A stretch of DNA of 64,000 nt from an uncultured Chitinophagaceae bacterium (GCA_937961055.1 CALCIN010000025.1:72058-136057); one strand, 5' to 3'. Counted from the stretch's first letter, positions 28,535 through 38,272 are shown. Notes: generated by a model from the letters alone, not told the origin. A program made the numbers and translations.

Positions 28535-30406
28535 TTAATGCACCGGCGCTTTTTTTTCCACCCGCAACAGGCTCACCTTTCCATCCATTGTAGCAGCTAT
28601 TACACGATTTTTATCCAGCACCTGTACCGTATTCACCATGGAATTATCAATCTTGTGTGCCCATTCCACTTTTTTGCCAACAGGATCGACGGCATATACT
28701 ACACCGCTGCGCGTTCCGAAAAATACCGTTCCTTCTTTTTCTATCAGCATGGAAGGCACATGCTCATACCCAAAGCCAGCATGCAGGTACCAGGCCGGAC
28801 GTTGCGCCACACGACCGGTAGGATAGGCCACAATGGTGTCTTGCATGGTTTTGCCATACACAAATTTTCCATCCTGCGAAATGCCAATCGATTCCCGCAC
28901 ACGGGTTTCATTGTTGCGCCACAAGGTAGCGCCGGTAACGGCATCAATGGCAGAAATATTACGGTCAGGCGCCACCACGTACACCACCCCCTTGTGTGCA
29001 ACAGGAATGCAGGCCGCCGGTGAAAAATGAATTACCGAAGAACCATTATTCCATTTCCATAACAACTTACCGTCATTGCGGTCAAGGGCGTACAGGTGCC
29101 TGTCCCATGCGCCAAAGATTACCATACCGCTATATACCAAAGGCTTGCTTACCACTGCTCCCTGCAATCCGGTAAACTTCCACAACAGGGTCCCATTCTT
29201 CAGGCTCAATGCCATAAAGGAATGATCGCTGCCACCGATAAATACCGTATCGCGAACAATCACTGGTGAGCCCAACACCGCAGCGCCTGTTTTTATTTTC
29301 CAGTTCACCACGCCGCTTTTGGTATTGAGACAATACACATATCCATCACCCGATCCAACCACCACCTTGTCCTGCTGCACGGCAGGCGAAGAAAAGATGC
29401 TGCCGCCCGTTTGATACGACCATTTCTGCTTGCCATCTTTCAGCGACAACGCGGTGATCAACCCGTTCTGGTTGCCAAAGATCACCAGGTTGTTGGTAGC
29501 GGCAGGTGTGGAAATAACATTGGCATCGGAAGCATAGGTCCATTGAGGTTTTACGTGAGCATATTGCTGGTTGATGCTGTAGGATGGCCGCTCAAAATTT
29601 CCTGCAGCAGCGTAGTTATGTTTTTCAACTTTTACACCTGCCCATCTTTTTTCTATTCCGGTACCCGGTTGGCGCTCGGTATACAGGATGCTGTCACTGC
29701 GCACTTCAACAATATTGTAACCACCACTTTTTGCCTTTGCACGCAGATTGGACCTTCCCATAATACCGGGAATGCCTTCAAAGTTCATGACCCGGTTGGC
29801 ATGACCATGTCCGCAGATGGCCAGGATGGTGTGGTATTGTTTCAACCGGTCGATGGCTTCATACCAGTTATCCAGTCCGTTGTCGAGCGGATAATGGTTA
29901 CAGAAAATAATGGGCTGATCTTTGGGTGTTTTGCTGAGTAGGCTATCGAGCCATACAATGGCATCGCGTGGAATATGTCCATCGCTCATGCGCACATATG
30001 GCCCCGATGCACAACCGATAAACCGGACGCCATTATAATCGAAACAAAATTTGTCGTACCCGAATATGCGGATAAAATCAGTGCCTCCGCTTTCACTCCA
30101 ACCTGTATCATGATTGCCGGGAATGATGTAATACTTCACCTGTAAACTATCGAGTATTCTTTTGGCTACTTCGAGTTCGCGCTTGAAACCCAGTTCTGTG
30201 ATATCGCCGGTAATAATTACAAATGCCACATCTTTCAGTTGGTTAATATCCTGAACGGTGCGCCGGAGATCCTCTTCTGCGGAGCCATTGGGAGATCCAA
30301 TATGTGTATCGGTAATATGAATGAACCGAAAAGATTTTTCCTGTGCCTGTAATAAAACACTATACAGGCATACTAACAAGGCGAGTAACTTTTTCATAAG
30401 GTTCAA
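28535..30406 (-). CDS. Secreted fusion protein: calcineurin-like metallophosphoesterase plus PQQ-type beta-propeller repeats
   Basis: Signal peptide; N-terminal GDxHxG…GDITE…GNHD metallophosphoesterase motifs; C-terminal repeated W/G-rich beta-propeller blades. Confidence 0.75.
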   Translation of the reverse strand: MNLMKKLLALLVCLYSVLLQAQEKSFRFIHITDTHIGSPNGSAEEDLRRTVQDINQLKDVAFVIITGDITELGFKRELEVAKRILDSLQVKYYIIPGNHDTGWSESGGTDFIRIFGYDKFCFDYNGVRFIGCASGPYVRMSDGHIPRDAIVWLDSLLSKTPKDQPIIFCNHYPLDNGLDNWYEAIDRLKQYHTILAICGHGHANRVMNFEGIPGIMGRSNLRAKAKSGGYNIVEVRSDSILYTERQPGTGIEKRWAGVKVEKHNYAAAGNFERPSYSINQQYAHVKPQWTYASDANVISTPAATNNLVIFGNQNGLITALSLKDGKQKWSYQTGGSIFSSPAVQQDKVVVGSGDGYVYCLNTKSGVVNWKIKTGAAVLGSPVIVRDTVFIGGSDHSFMALSLKNGTLLWKFTGLQGAVVSKPLVYSGMVIFGAWDRHLYALDRNDGKLLWKWNNGSSVIHFSPAACIPVAHKGVVYVVAPDRNISAIDAVTGATLWRNNETRVRESIGISQDGKFVYGKTMQDTIVAYPTGRVAQRPAWYLHAGFGYEHVPSMLIEKEGTVFFGTRSGVVYAVDPVGKKVEWAHKIDNSMVNTVQVLDKNRVIAATMDGKVSLLRVEKKAPVH

Positions 30407-30601
30407 ATTAATGGAATTATGAAGCAGAAACTACCAGCAAAAACCGGAAATATGCCGATAAAATGGAAAATTCTGAAATTGGGAAGGCAGCGCGCTTTGC
30501 AAACGAAAAATGATGCCGGGTTACAGCGCCTGTAGGCCGATTTCACCGATCCAAATATTCCCAATAACTTTAGATTCGTCACCAAACCCTTAAATCTAGC
30601 C

Positions 30602-31198
30602 ATGCTATTACTTGATATCAACTCCTGGTGGCAGGGAATGGACCTGTTTGAAAAAATACTATGGGTAATTGCCCTGCTGTTTTCCACGCTGTTTCTTTTT
30701 CAAACTGTTTTTTCATTGGCAGGCGGGAGCGATATGGATGCTCCTGATGCCATTGGCGATGCCGATGATTTTGTAAGTGATGACCAAGGCGTAGGCAGCC
30801 AGTATTTTACCATCAAAAACCTCATTGCCTTTTTCACCATGTTCGGATGGGTAGGCATTGCGGCCTACAACAGCGGACAAAGCAAAGGTGTTGCCATGCT
30901 GCTGGCTGTTGGAGCAGGCTCTGTTATGGTGTTCCTCATGGTGCTGTTGCTGCGCAACGTAAATAAATTACGCTACAGCGGCACCATGCAAATAAAAAAT
31001 GCATTGAACCAGGTGGGCAATGTATATCTGACCATACCTGCACAACGCAAAGGCGCCGGCAAAGTGCATGTAAGCGTACAAGGCTCGCTGCATGAACTGG
31101 ACGCTATTACCGATGATACCACCGACATCAGTACAGGTAGCGTGGTGAAAGTAACCGGAATAGTGGGAGAAAGCGTGTTGCTGGTTAGTAAAGTCTGA
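30602..31198 (+). CDS. NfeD-family membrane protein (partner of a flotillin/SPFH protein)
   Basis: N-terminal TMs plus a C-terminal OB-fold-like region; directly upstream of a flotillin gene. Confidence 0.7.
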   Translation: MLLLDINSWWQGMDLFEKILWVIALLFSTLFLFQTVFSLAGGSDMDAPDAIGDADDFVSDDQGVGSQYFTIKNLIAFFTMFGWVGIAAYNSGQSKGVAMLLAVGAGSVMVFLMVLLLRNVNKLRYSGTMQIKNALNQVGNVYLTIPAQRKGAGKVHVSVQGSLHELDAITDDTTDISTGSVVKVTGIVGESVLLVSKV

Positions 31199-31309
31199 GT
31201 AAGCAATTTCCAGGTAAGATTCAAAACAAGACTTTATTTGGAATTACACCCTTTGCAATTTGTTTTTTTCGATTTGAAAGTTCTCAGCTCAAAAACCCTC
31301 TGATATATT

Positions 31310-32692
31310 ATGGACTACATTGTAATTATTATTGCCGGAGCAGTACTGTTCTTTTTCATACTGATCACGTCTATGTTCCGGCGGTACAAACGCTGTCCGT
31401 CTGACCGCATCCTGGTGGTATACGGTAAGGTGGGTAAAACGGAAGGTGGCGCGCGTACAGCCAAGTGTATTCATGGCGGCGCCGCATTTATCTGGCCGAT
31501 TATCCAGGACTACAGTTTTATGGACCTTACGCCCATTTCCATTGAAGTGGGACTTACCAATGCGCTGAGCCGTCAGAACATCCGCGTTGACGTGCCTTCA
31601 CGATTCACAGTTGCCATTTCTACAGAGCCTGGCGTGATGAACAATGCGGCAGAACGCCTGCTCGGCTTGCAGCGTCAGCAAATCCACGACCTGGCAAAGG
31701 ATATCATTTTTGGTCAGTTGCGCCTGGTAGTAGCTACCATGGACATTGAAGAAATCAACAGCAACCGCGATAAATTCCTGGCCAATGTTGCCAGCAACGT
31801 GGAAGCAGAGTTGAAAAAAATCGGTCTGAAGCTGATCAACGTAAACGTAACAGACATCAAAGATGAAAGCGGTTATATAGAAGCGCTGGGTAAGGAAGCC
31901 GCTGCCAAAGCCATCAACGATGCCCGAAAAAGCGTAGCAGAAAAGAACCGCGACGGTAGTATCGGTGAAGCGCTGGCCATGCAGGAACAACGCGTAAAAG
32001 TGGCCGATGCAGAAGCGATGGCAGTGGAAGGGGAAAACATCGCTAAAGTAAAAGTAGCCAACTCTGAAGCTGCCCGTCGTGAACGTGAGGCAGAAGCAGA
32101 AAAAATTGCCGTAGCTGCCGAAAAGGTGCAGGCCGCTAAAGCCCTCGAAGAAGCCTACCTGGCTGAGAAAAAAGCCGAAGAAGCGCGCGCCGAGCGCGAC
32201 CGTGCCGCACAAAACGCTACCATTGTGGTAGGGGCACAAATACAGAAAGAAAAAGCCATCATTGAAGCGCAGGCCGAAGCAGAGAAAATACGCGAAAGAG
32301 CCCGCGGTGAAGCAGACGCCATTTACGCCAAACTGGAAGCAGAGGCCCGTGGTATGTACGAAATCCTCACCAAGCAGGCAGAAGGCCTGGACAAGATCGT
32401 AAAAGCAGCCGGCAACAACGCCAAAGACGCTGTACTGCTGCTCATCTCCGATAAACTGCCCGAGCTGGTGAAAATGCAAACCGAAGCCATCAAGAATATC
32501 AAGATCGATAAAGTAACGGTGTGGGAAAATGGCCAGAACGGAGACGGTAAAAGCTCTACTGCCAATTTTGTGTCGGGACTGTACAAATCAGTACCGCCAC
32601 TGAAAGATATATTCGATATGGCAGGTATGGATCTGCCGGCTTACCTCGGAAAGCCTAAAGACGGTGGAGAAGGAACACCTGCTGAACAATAA
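31310..32692 (+). CDS. Flotillin-like SPFH/band-7 protein
   Basis: N-terminal TM, SPFH domain, and a long Ala/Glu-rich coiled-coil (EAEAEKIAVAAEKVQAAKALEEA…). Confidence 0.85.
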   Translation: MDYIVIIIAGAVLFFFILITSMFRRYKRCPSDRILVVYGKVGKTEGGARTAKCIHGGAAFIWPIIQDYSFMDLTPISIEVGLTNALSRQNIRVDVPSRFTVAISTEPGVMNNAAERLLGLQRQQIHDLAKDIIFGQLRLVVATMDIEEINSNRDKFLANVASNVEAELKKIGLKLINVNVTDIKDESGYIEALGKEAAAKAINDARKSVAEKNRDGSIGEALAMQEQRVKVADAEAMAVEGENIAKVKVANSEAARREREAEAEKIAVAAEKVQAAKALEEAYLAEKKAEEARAERDRAAQNATIVVGAQIQKEKAIIEAQAEAEKIRERARGEADAIYAKLEAEARGMYEILTKQAEGLDKIVKAAGNNAKDAVLLLISDKLPELVKMQTEAIKNIKIDKVTVWENGQNGDGKSSTANFVSGLYKSVPPLKDIFDMAGMDLPAYLGKPKDGGEGTPAEQ

Positions 32693-32837
32693 CATACTCC
32701 TTTCCATCGCACTGTTGCTTGCGACTATAGAAAAGGGTAGGGATCAATTCCCTGCCCTTTCTTTTTTGGTTAGGAAGGCACTATTTTTTGTTGCAGGCAT
32801 TGGACAGGTTCACATTTGCTAATTTGTATCTTTCAAC

Positions 32838-33698
32838 ATGCACCGCTCCACCATACAACTTCTCCGGCTGCCTTTTTCTTTTTTTCTTATGCCGGTATAC
32901 CTGTTTGCGCTAAGCCTGGTGCCAGACATTCATGCGCTGCATGCCATACTCATTTTCGTTATTCTTCATGGATTGGTTTATCCTTCCAGCAATGGATACA
33001 ATTCGTATATGGACCGCGATGAGACGCCCATCGGCGGTCTTAGTAAACCCATGCAGCCAACGAAAGAATTATTTCGGGTGACCATCCTGCTTGATTTCGT
33101 TGCCGTTGCTGCCGGCTTATTGGTCAGTTACTGGTTTGCTATTTGCATGGTGGCTTACATAGCCGCTTCACGCGCTTACAGTTACCGTGGTATCCGGCTA
33201 AAGAAATATCCTGTAACCGGGTATATCACTGTGATACTGTTCCAGGGAGCATTGACCTTTTTTATGGTGCATCATGGCAGCAGCGTGGATAAGTCAATGC
33301 AGGCGCCATGGCCCGGAATAATGGCGGCAACGCTGCTCATCGGAGGGTTTTATCCGCTCACGCAGATATACCAGCACGAAGCTGATAAGAAAGATGGCGT
33401 ACGCACCATCAGTATGCTGCTGGGTTACCGTGGCACTTTCATTTTCACTGCCATAGTGTATACCCTCGCGATGGGCATATTGGCGTGGCTGTTTATAGCA
33501 AAAGGAGAAGCAGAAAAATTTTTTGTTTTAGCAACCATGATGGTCCCGATACTCGTATACTTTTTTGTTTGGGCGCGCAAAGTGTGGAAGGATGTCCACA
33601 AGGCCGATTTTCACCATGCCATGCGAATGAATATACTGGCCTCCTGTTGCACCAATATGGCTTTCATTATCCTGTTAAGTTGGAGGTGGTTTGAGTAA
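32838..33698 (+). CDS. UbiA-family aromatic prenyltransferase (integral membrane)
   Basis: Multi-TM protein with an Asp-rich NGYNSYMDRDET motif (NxxxDxxxD-like) characteristic of the UbiA superfamily. Confidence 0.7.
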   Translation: MHRSTIQLLRLPFSFFLMPVYLFALSLVPDIHALHAILIFVILHGLVYPSSNGYNSYMDRDETPIGGLSKPMQPTKELFRVTILLDFVAVAAGLLVSYWFAICMVAYIAASRAYSYRGIRLKKYPVTGYITVILFQGALTFFMVHHGSSVDKSMQAPWPGIMAATLLIGGFYPLTQIYQHEADKKDGVRTISMLLGYRGTFIFTAIVYTLAMGILAWLFIAKGEAEKFFVLATMMVPILVYFFVWARKVWKDVHKADFHHAMRMNILASCCTNMAFIILLSWRWFE

Positions 33699-34788
33699 AA
33701 TAGTGTCCATAGGAACGGCTGTGCCTGCCTTCCGGCACCGGCAGCAGGATATTCTTCAGTTTATGCAGGCGGTATATGCTTTCAGCGAACCTGAACGCCG
33801 CAAATTACGCTACCTGTACCATCACAGCGGTATAGAAACACGCTACAGCATTATTCCCGATTATAGCAGACCGTTAGCAGAGTGGAAATTTTATCCGCAA
33901 ACAGAAAACCTGCATCCCTTTCCCTCGCTGGAACAACGGATGATTTGGTACAACAAATATGCAGCCCCCTTATCCATGCAAGCCATACGCAATTGCCTGG
34001 AAGGCCGTATACGTGAAAACAATATTACACACCTCATCACGGTGAGCTGCACGGGCATGAGTGCGCCCGGCCTCGACCTGCAATTGATGGAATTGCTGGG
34101 CCTGCCCAATCATATTTACCGCAGCTCTATCAATTTTATGGGCTGTTATGCCGCCATTCATGCGCTGAAAGTGGCGGATGCTATCTGCGCCATGCATCAC
34201 AACGCGCATGTGCTGATCGTATGCACAGAATTGTGCACGCTTCACTTCCAGCGCGAACCTACTGTTGACAATATCGCTTCCAGTTTGTTATTCGGCGATG
34301 GCAGCGCAGCCGTGCTGGTGACCCATAACGATTATCCGCGGCAGGGCTTGTACCTTGAAGGCTTTTACGCTGAAGTAATTCCCAAAGGGAAAAAAGATAT
34401 GGCCTGGGAACTCAGTTCCTCCGGTTTTTTAATGACGTTGAGCCAATACATTCCCGAACTGCTGCAACAAGATTTTGAAAGTATGATGCACAGGGCATTG
34501 CAATCAGCAGGCATTACGTTGAAAGACATTTCCCATTGGTGCATTCATCCCGGTGGCAAGAGAATACTGGAAGCTGTGCATAAAACACTCCCCTACGCAA
34601 ACGGGCAACTGGATAGTTGTTACGACGTATTGCGTGAGTACGGCAATATGTCGTCGCCCACCATATTGTTTGTATTGAAAAAAATATGGCAATCGCTGAC
34701 GACAAAAAGCAATGCATCGGCAAAAGTGTTTGCCGCAGCTTTTGGCCCCGGGCTTACCATGGAAACATTTGTTGCCACTTGCAGATAA
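33691..34788 (+). CDS. Type III polyketide synthase (chalcone/stilbene synthase fold, alkylresorcinol/alkylpyrone synthase-like)
   Basis: Active-site Cys in MGCYAAIHAL, later His (HPGG) and Asn region; 365 aa. Confidence 0.8.
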   Translation: MSKIVSIGTAVPAFRHRQQDILQFMQAVYAFSEPERRKLRYLYHHSGIETRYSIIPDYSRPLAEWKFYPQTENLHPFPSLEQRMIWYNKYAAPLSMQAIRNCLEGRIRENNITHLITVSCTGMSAPGLDLQLMELLGLPNHIYRSSINFMGCYAAIHALKVADAICAMHHNAHVLIVCTELCTLHFQREPTVDNIASSLLFGDGSAAVLVTHNDYPRQGLYLEGFYAEVIPKGKKDMAWELSSSGFLMTLSQYIPELLQQDFESMMHRALQSAGITLKDISHWCIHPGGKRILEAVHKTLPYANGQLDSCYDVLREYGNMSSPTILFVLKKIWQSLTTKSNASAKVFAAAFGPGLTMETFVATCR

Positions 34789-34860
34789 GTGCTGAATGCA
34801 ATGGGTAAACCGCAAGAATAGCAGGCAATGCTTTAATGGTACACGCAACAGCCATCATAA

Positions 34861-35559
34861 TTGCAGACTGTGGATTTTTCTACCCGCTCATACCAGCAGG
34901 AACTACTCGACCGCGATGATATTCCATACGAAGACATCAGGCGGAACATGCAGGAATTAAATATCATCAATACCTGGCTGGGTGGTCACGCCATCACGCT
35001 GCGGGGCATTAGGGCGTTTGTGCATAACAAAAGCAACCTGGTCATCTGCGAAATCGGCTGTGGTGGCGGCGACAATCTTGCCGCCATCGCGCGCTGGTGC
35101 AGGCGTTGCGGTATAGCCGCCCATTTCATTGGCATTGATCACAACCCGTATTGCATTGCAGTAGCAAAAGAGCGCCTGCACAACGTCAATGCACGTTTCT
35201 TCACAGCCGACTACCGGCAGGTACATTTTGATGAGCCGCCCGACATCATTTTCTCTTCCTTGTTCTGTCATCACTTTACCGAGACAGCATTGGTAAGCCA
35301 GTTGCAATGGATGCAACAACAGGCGCGCCTCGGCTTTTTTATCAATGATCTGCACCGGCACCCGGTGGCCTATTATGCCATACGCTGGCTCACCGCCGCT
35401 TTTTCCCGCAGTTACCTGGTAAAACATGATGCGCCCTTATCGGTATTGAGGGGATTTACAAGAAAGGAATGGCAAATGCTATTACATAAAGCAGGAATCG
35501 GTACCTTTTCTGTACGATGGCAATGGGCGTTCCGATGGCTGGTGACGGCGGAGCGATAA
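34861..35559 (+). CDS. Class I SAM-dependent methyltransferase
   Basis: Motif I ICEIGCGGGDN, 232 aa. Confidence 0.75.
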   Translation: MQTVDFSTRSYQQELLDRDDIPYEDIRRNMQELNIINTWLGGHAITLRGIRAFVHNKSNLVICEIGCGGGDNLAAIARWCRRCGIAAHFIGIDHNPYCIAVAKERLHNVNARFFTADYRQVHFDEPPDIIFSSLFCHHFTETALVSQLQWMQQQARLGFFINDLHRHPVAYYAIRWLTAAFSRSYLVKHDAPLSVLRGFTRKEWQMLLHKAGIGTFSVRWQWAFRWLVTAER

Positions 35560-35649
35560 AGCAGGTTGCACAATAGACACATAATGAGCAGCAGTTGCCT
35601 TATTTCCATATAACAATGTAACAGCCCAATAGTATTACTTTACAGACAC

Positions 35650-36789
35650 TTGAACACCGATGCACGATACGACGTAGCCATTATTGGCGGCGGCCTTGCG
35701 GGGCTGGCGCTGTCTATACAGTGCGCCCGGGCAGGGTTCAGGACCATTGTGTACGAACGCGAGCATTACCCGTTTCACAAGGTGTGCGGTGAATATATCA
35801 GTCTCGAAAGCTGGAATTTTTTGCAGGACCTCGGCGTACCCCTCAGTGATATGCAGTTACCGGTGATCAACCGGCTGATGGTTACAGCGCCCAACGGAAA
35901 TTCCCTGGAAAGCAGGTTGCCCCTGGGAGGTTTCGGCATCAGTCGTTATACCCTCGATCACCTGCTGGCGCAACTGGCCGTGCAGGAAGGCGTAACCCTG
36001 CTCGAAAATACCAAGGTAACCAATGTGGTATATCGCAATAATACGTTCATCATATTCACCAACAATGGCGAAACAGAAGCCATCGTTGCAGCCGGCGCCT
36101 ATGGCAAAAGGGCTAACCTCGATGTAAAATGGAAACGCCATTTTACGCAGGTAAAACCCAACAAACTGAACCATCATGTAGGCGTGAAATACCATATTCG
36201 GTTTCCACATCCTGCAGACCTCATCGCCTTACACAATTTTGAGAACGGTTATTGCGGTATTTCCCGGATAGAAGACAACAAATGTTGCCTTTGCTATCTC
36301 ACCACGGCGGGCAATCTCCGGAAAAGTAAAAATGATATTGCCACCATGGAAAATACCATCCTGAGAAAAAATCCCTGGCTGGATAAAATTTTCTCCGGCA
36401 TGGAATGCCTGTATAAAGAACCACTCACCATTTCGCGAATAAGCTTCAATAAAAAAACGCAGGTGGAAAATCATGTATTGATGATTGGTGATACGGCAGG
36501 CATGATCACCCCACTGTGCGGCAATGGCATGAGTATGGCATTACATAGCAGCAAACTGGCTTTTGAAGAAATCCGCTCCTTTCTGAGCGCGGCCATCAAC
36601 CGCTTTGAAATGGAGCTTCAGTATACGCAGCAATGGGAAAAGCATTTCGGGCGCAGAATGCAAACCGGCCGTATGATCCAGTATTTTTTTGGAAGTCCCG
36701 TATTGTCAGATTTCCTGGTACGTTCGGTGAAACCTTTTCCCCGCCTGGTATCGTACCTGATTGGTCAAACACACGGAAAACCTTTTTAA
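35650..36789 (+). CDS. FAD-dependent oxidoreductase, geranylgeranyl reductase family
   Basis: DVAIIGGGLAGLAL dinucleotide fold, KVCGEYIS (PCGG-like) and IGDTAGMITPLCGNGMSMAL (GDAAG…P.TGEGI) motifs. Confidence 0.75.
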   Translation: MNTDARYDVAIIGGGLAGLALSIQCARAGFRTIVYEREHYPFHKVCGEYISLESWNFLQDLGVPLSDMQLPVINRLMVTAPNGNSLESRLPLGGFGISRYTLDHLLAQLAVQEGVTLLENTKVTNVVYRNNTFIIFTNNGETEAIVAAGAYGKRANLDVKWKRHFTQVKPNKLNHHVGVKYHIRFPHPADLIALHNFENGYCGISRIEDNKCCLCYLTTAGNLRKSKNDIATMENTILRKNPWLDKIFSGMECLYKEPLTISRISFNKKTQVENHVLMIGDTAGMITPLCGNGMSMALHSSKLAFEEIRSFLSAAINRFEMELQYTQQWEKHFGRRMQTGRMIQYFFGSPVLSDFLVRSVKPFPRLVSYLIGQTHGKPF

Positions 36790-36792
36790 AAG

Positions 36793-38229
36793 ATGACTAT
36801 GCGCGTACCCTGCATATTCATACTCCTGGTGGCGAGCCTGCAAACGGCAGCACAACATTACTCCGCTGTGCATGGCTCACCCTATGCAGGCAGCCTGGGC
36901 GTAGGAAACAATCCTGCTGCTATCGTGCATAATCCTCATGCATGGGACCTTACCATTTTGGGTTTCCAGGAAAAACATACCACCAATGCGGTCACCGTTT
37001 ACAATTACTCCCTGTTGTCGTCGCCGGGGCAGTCGGAATACCTTTTCAATGCAGGCAACTATGCCCGTTTTGCGCATGTCAATTTCAACCTCAATATGCT
37101 GAACGGCCGGTTTGCCATTAACCGGCAGCAGGCCATTGCATTCGGCATCAATATCCGCGGCTATGGCAACATAAAAACGGGCCCCTATCATTTTGTCGAT
37201 ACCGTTGAAAGCAGTCGCGAATTCTTTTCTCTGGGGAACAGCACCGTTCGCCTGCGGGGTGATTTTACCGGCAGCAGCTGGCTGGAACTTTTTGGCACGT
37301 ATGCACAAACCATGTGGGACGGCACCTTCGACCGGCTCAATGCCGGCGTTACATTGAAAATTTCCCGCGCGCTGGCCGGTGCCCATGTGGCGCTCAGCAA
37401 TGCACATGCAGCAAGGATTGGTCATGGCGCCGGCCAATATTACGAATACACATCAGGGTCAGGTGTGTATGGGTACTCCGCTAACTTTGACCAATGGCAG
37501 GACAACAAAAATTCTTCGCAGAATATCAAGGACTTTATAAGCGCCGGCAGCTATGGATTCTCTGTCGATTTTGGCGCAGAATACCTCATCAAATCCGGCG
37601 CCATCACCGCCTGGGATGAAGACGATTATTACGATTACAAATGGAAAATTGGCGTAGCACTGCTCGATCTCGGGTTCAACAGATTTCAATACGGCCGGCA
37701 CAGTCGTACAGTAAGCGGTGTGCGTCCCAATATGGCCGACACGTTGTTTGATGAGAAATGGGAAGGCGTGGAAGATTTTGCTTCGTTTAACGACAGCCTG
37801 GCCACCATTGTAAACAATATGCAACCATTACAGGGCAGGTTTACGGTAATCAATCCCACCCGCCTGGTGATCAATGCAGACCGTCACCTGTCTGGTGATT
37901 TTTATGTAAATGCCGACCTTACGATCAATCTTTCTTCCCTCACAGGTCATCCTTATCGGGTAACCGAAGCCAACCTGCTTACCATTATACCCCGCTGGGA
38001 AACGCGCACGCTCGGTTTCTTTCTACCGGTACTGGTAAATATAGAAGGAAAATGGTGGATAGGCGGCGCATTCAAAGCCGGACCACTGCTGCTGGGCGTG
38101 CACAACTGGGGCAATGTATTTTCCAAAAACAAAATGCAGAACGGCGGCGGATACCTGGCATTGGTGATTCGCCCGGGCAGGCAGGCGGCAAGGGATAGGC
38201 ATTTAAAACAATATGAATGCCCGGAGTAA
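36793..38229 (+). CDS. Hypothetical secreted/outer-membrane protein, co-transcribed with the PKS cluster
   Basis: Signal peptide MTMRVPCIFILLVASLQTAAQ; 478 aa, Gly/aromatic-rich with beta-barrel-like character; start only 3 bp after the upstream stop. Confidence 0.6.
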   Translation: MTMRVPCIFILLVASLQTAAQHYSAVHGSPYAGSLGVGNNPAAIVHNPHAWDLTILGFQEKHTTNAVTVYNYSLLSSPGQSEYLFNAGNYARFAHVNFNLNMLNGRFAINRQQAIAFGINIRGYGNIKTGPYHFVDTVESSREFFSLGNSTVRLRGDFTGSSWLELFGTYAQTMWDGTFDRLNAGVTLKISRALAGAHVALSNAHAARIGHGAGQYYEYTSGSGVYGYSANFDQWQDNKNSSQNIKDFISAGSYGFSVDFGAEYLIKSGAITAWDEDDYYDYKWKIGVALLDLGFNRFQYGRHSRTVSGVRPNMADTLFDEKWEGVEDFASFNDSLATIVNNMQPLQGRFTVINPTRLVINADRHLSGDFYVNADLTINLSSLTGHPYRVTEANLLTIIPRWETRTLGFFLPVLVNIEGKWWIGGAFKAGPLLLGVHNWGNVFSKNKMQNGGGYLALVIRPGRQAARDRHLKQYECPE

Positions 38230-38242
38230 CCTGTAAAAATGA

Positions 38243-38272
38243 AAAGTCCGGAAGCAGACACTTCCGGACTTT
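38243..38272. terminator. Bidirectional terminator hairpin (aagtccggaag / cttccggactt) between convergent genes
   Basis: 11-bp perfect stem; T-rich flank on the minus strand (ttcatttttacag). Confidence 0.6.

Noticed and set aside
31598-32479. 293-aa ORF antisense to the flotillin gene
   Set aside because: Phe/Cys/Gly-rich low-complexity translation arising opposite the Ala/Glu coiled-coil codons
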